Source: Piedraia hortae CBS 480.64 | Taxonomy: Eukaryota | Assembly: GCA_010093745.1 (NCBI GenBank) | Contig: MU005977.1 | Location: forward strand, 242,863-262,862 | DNA length: 20,000 bases | Direction of reading: 5' to 3' | Shown here: piece by piece, positions 19,931 to 20,000 of the stretch | How positions within the stretch are numbered: position 1 is the stretch's first letter | Layout: the number at the start of each line of letters is the position of its first letter | Notes under the pieces: generated by a model | Database searches by the model: none | What the model was told of the DNA's origin: nothing | What the model saw: the letters and a program-made list of their open reading frames with translations, nothing else | Made by a program: the position numbers and the translations under genes

Positions 19931-20000
19931 GGTAGGTGTTGTGAATATGCGGTATATTACGCGCATTATTAGTAACCGTCGCTCGGCTCTCGACTTCACG

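Overview
Eukaryotic, filamentous-ascomycete (Pezizomycotina-like) genomic DNA with short GT-AG introns (43-68 nt) and CTAAC-type branch points. The core is a divergent gene pair. GCN2/cpc-3 (eIF2-alpha kinase, minus strand, 9757-14434) only makes a full-length frame if a 2-nt micro-exon (11939-11940) between two introns is included. The second gene is a Cut12-domain spindle-pole-body protein (plus strand, 14905-16405, with an upstream exon missed by the ORF track). Smaller hypothetical genes lie at 1000-1649 (spliced), 6652-7095 (putative H/C zinc motif) and probably <1-133. Most of the remaining DNA is decayed retroelement sequence: a LINE RT relic, Ty1/copia integrase and RT/RNase H relics, and Ty3/gypsy integrase/chromodomain relics. 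Two solo LTRs of one family (8063-8301, 19229-19534) each have their own 5-bp TSD and are each nested in an older element. All family calls come from motif recognition by eye, with no database search.
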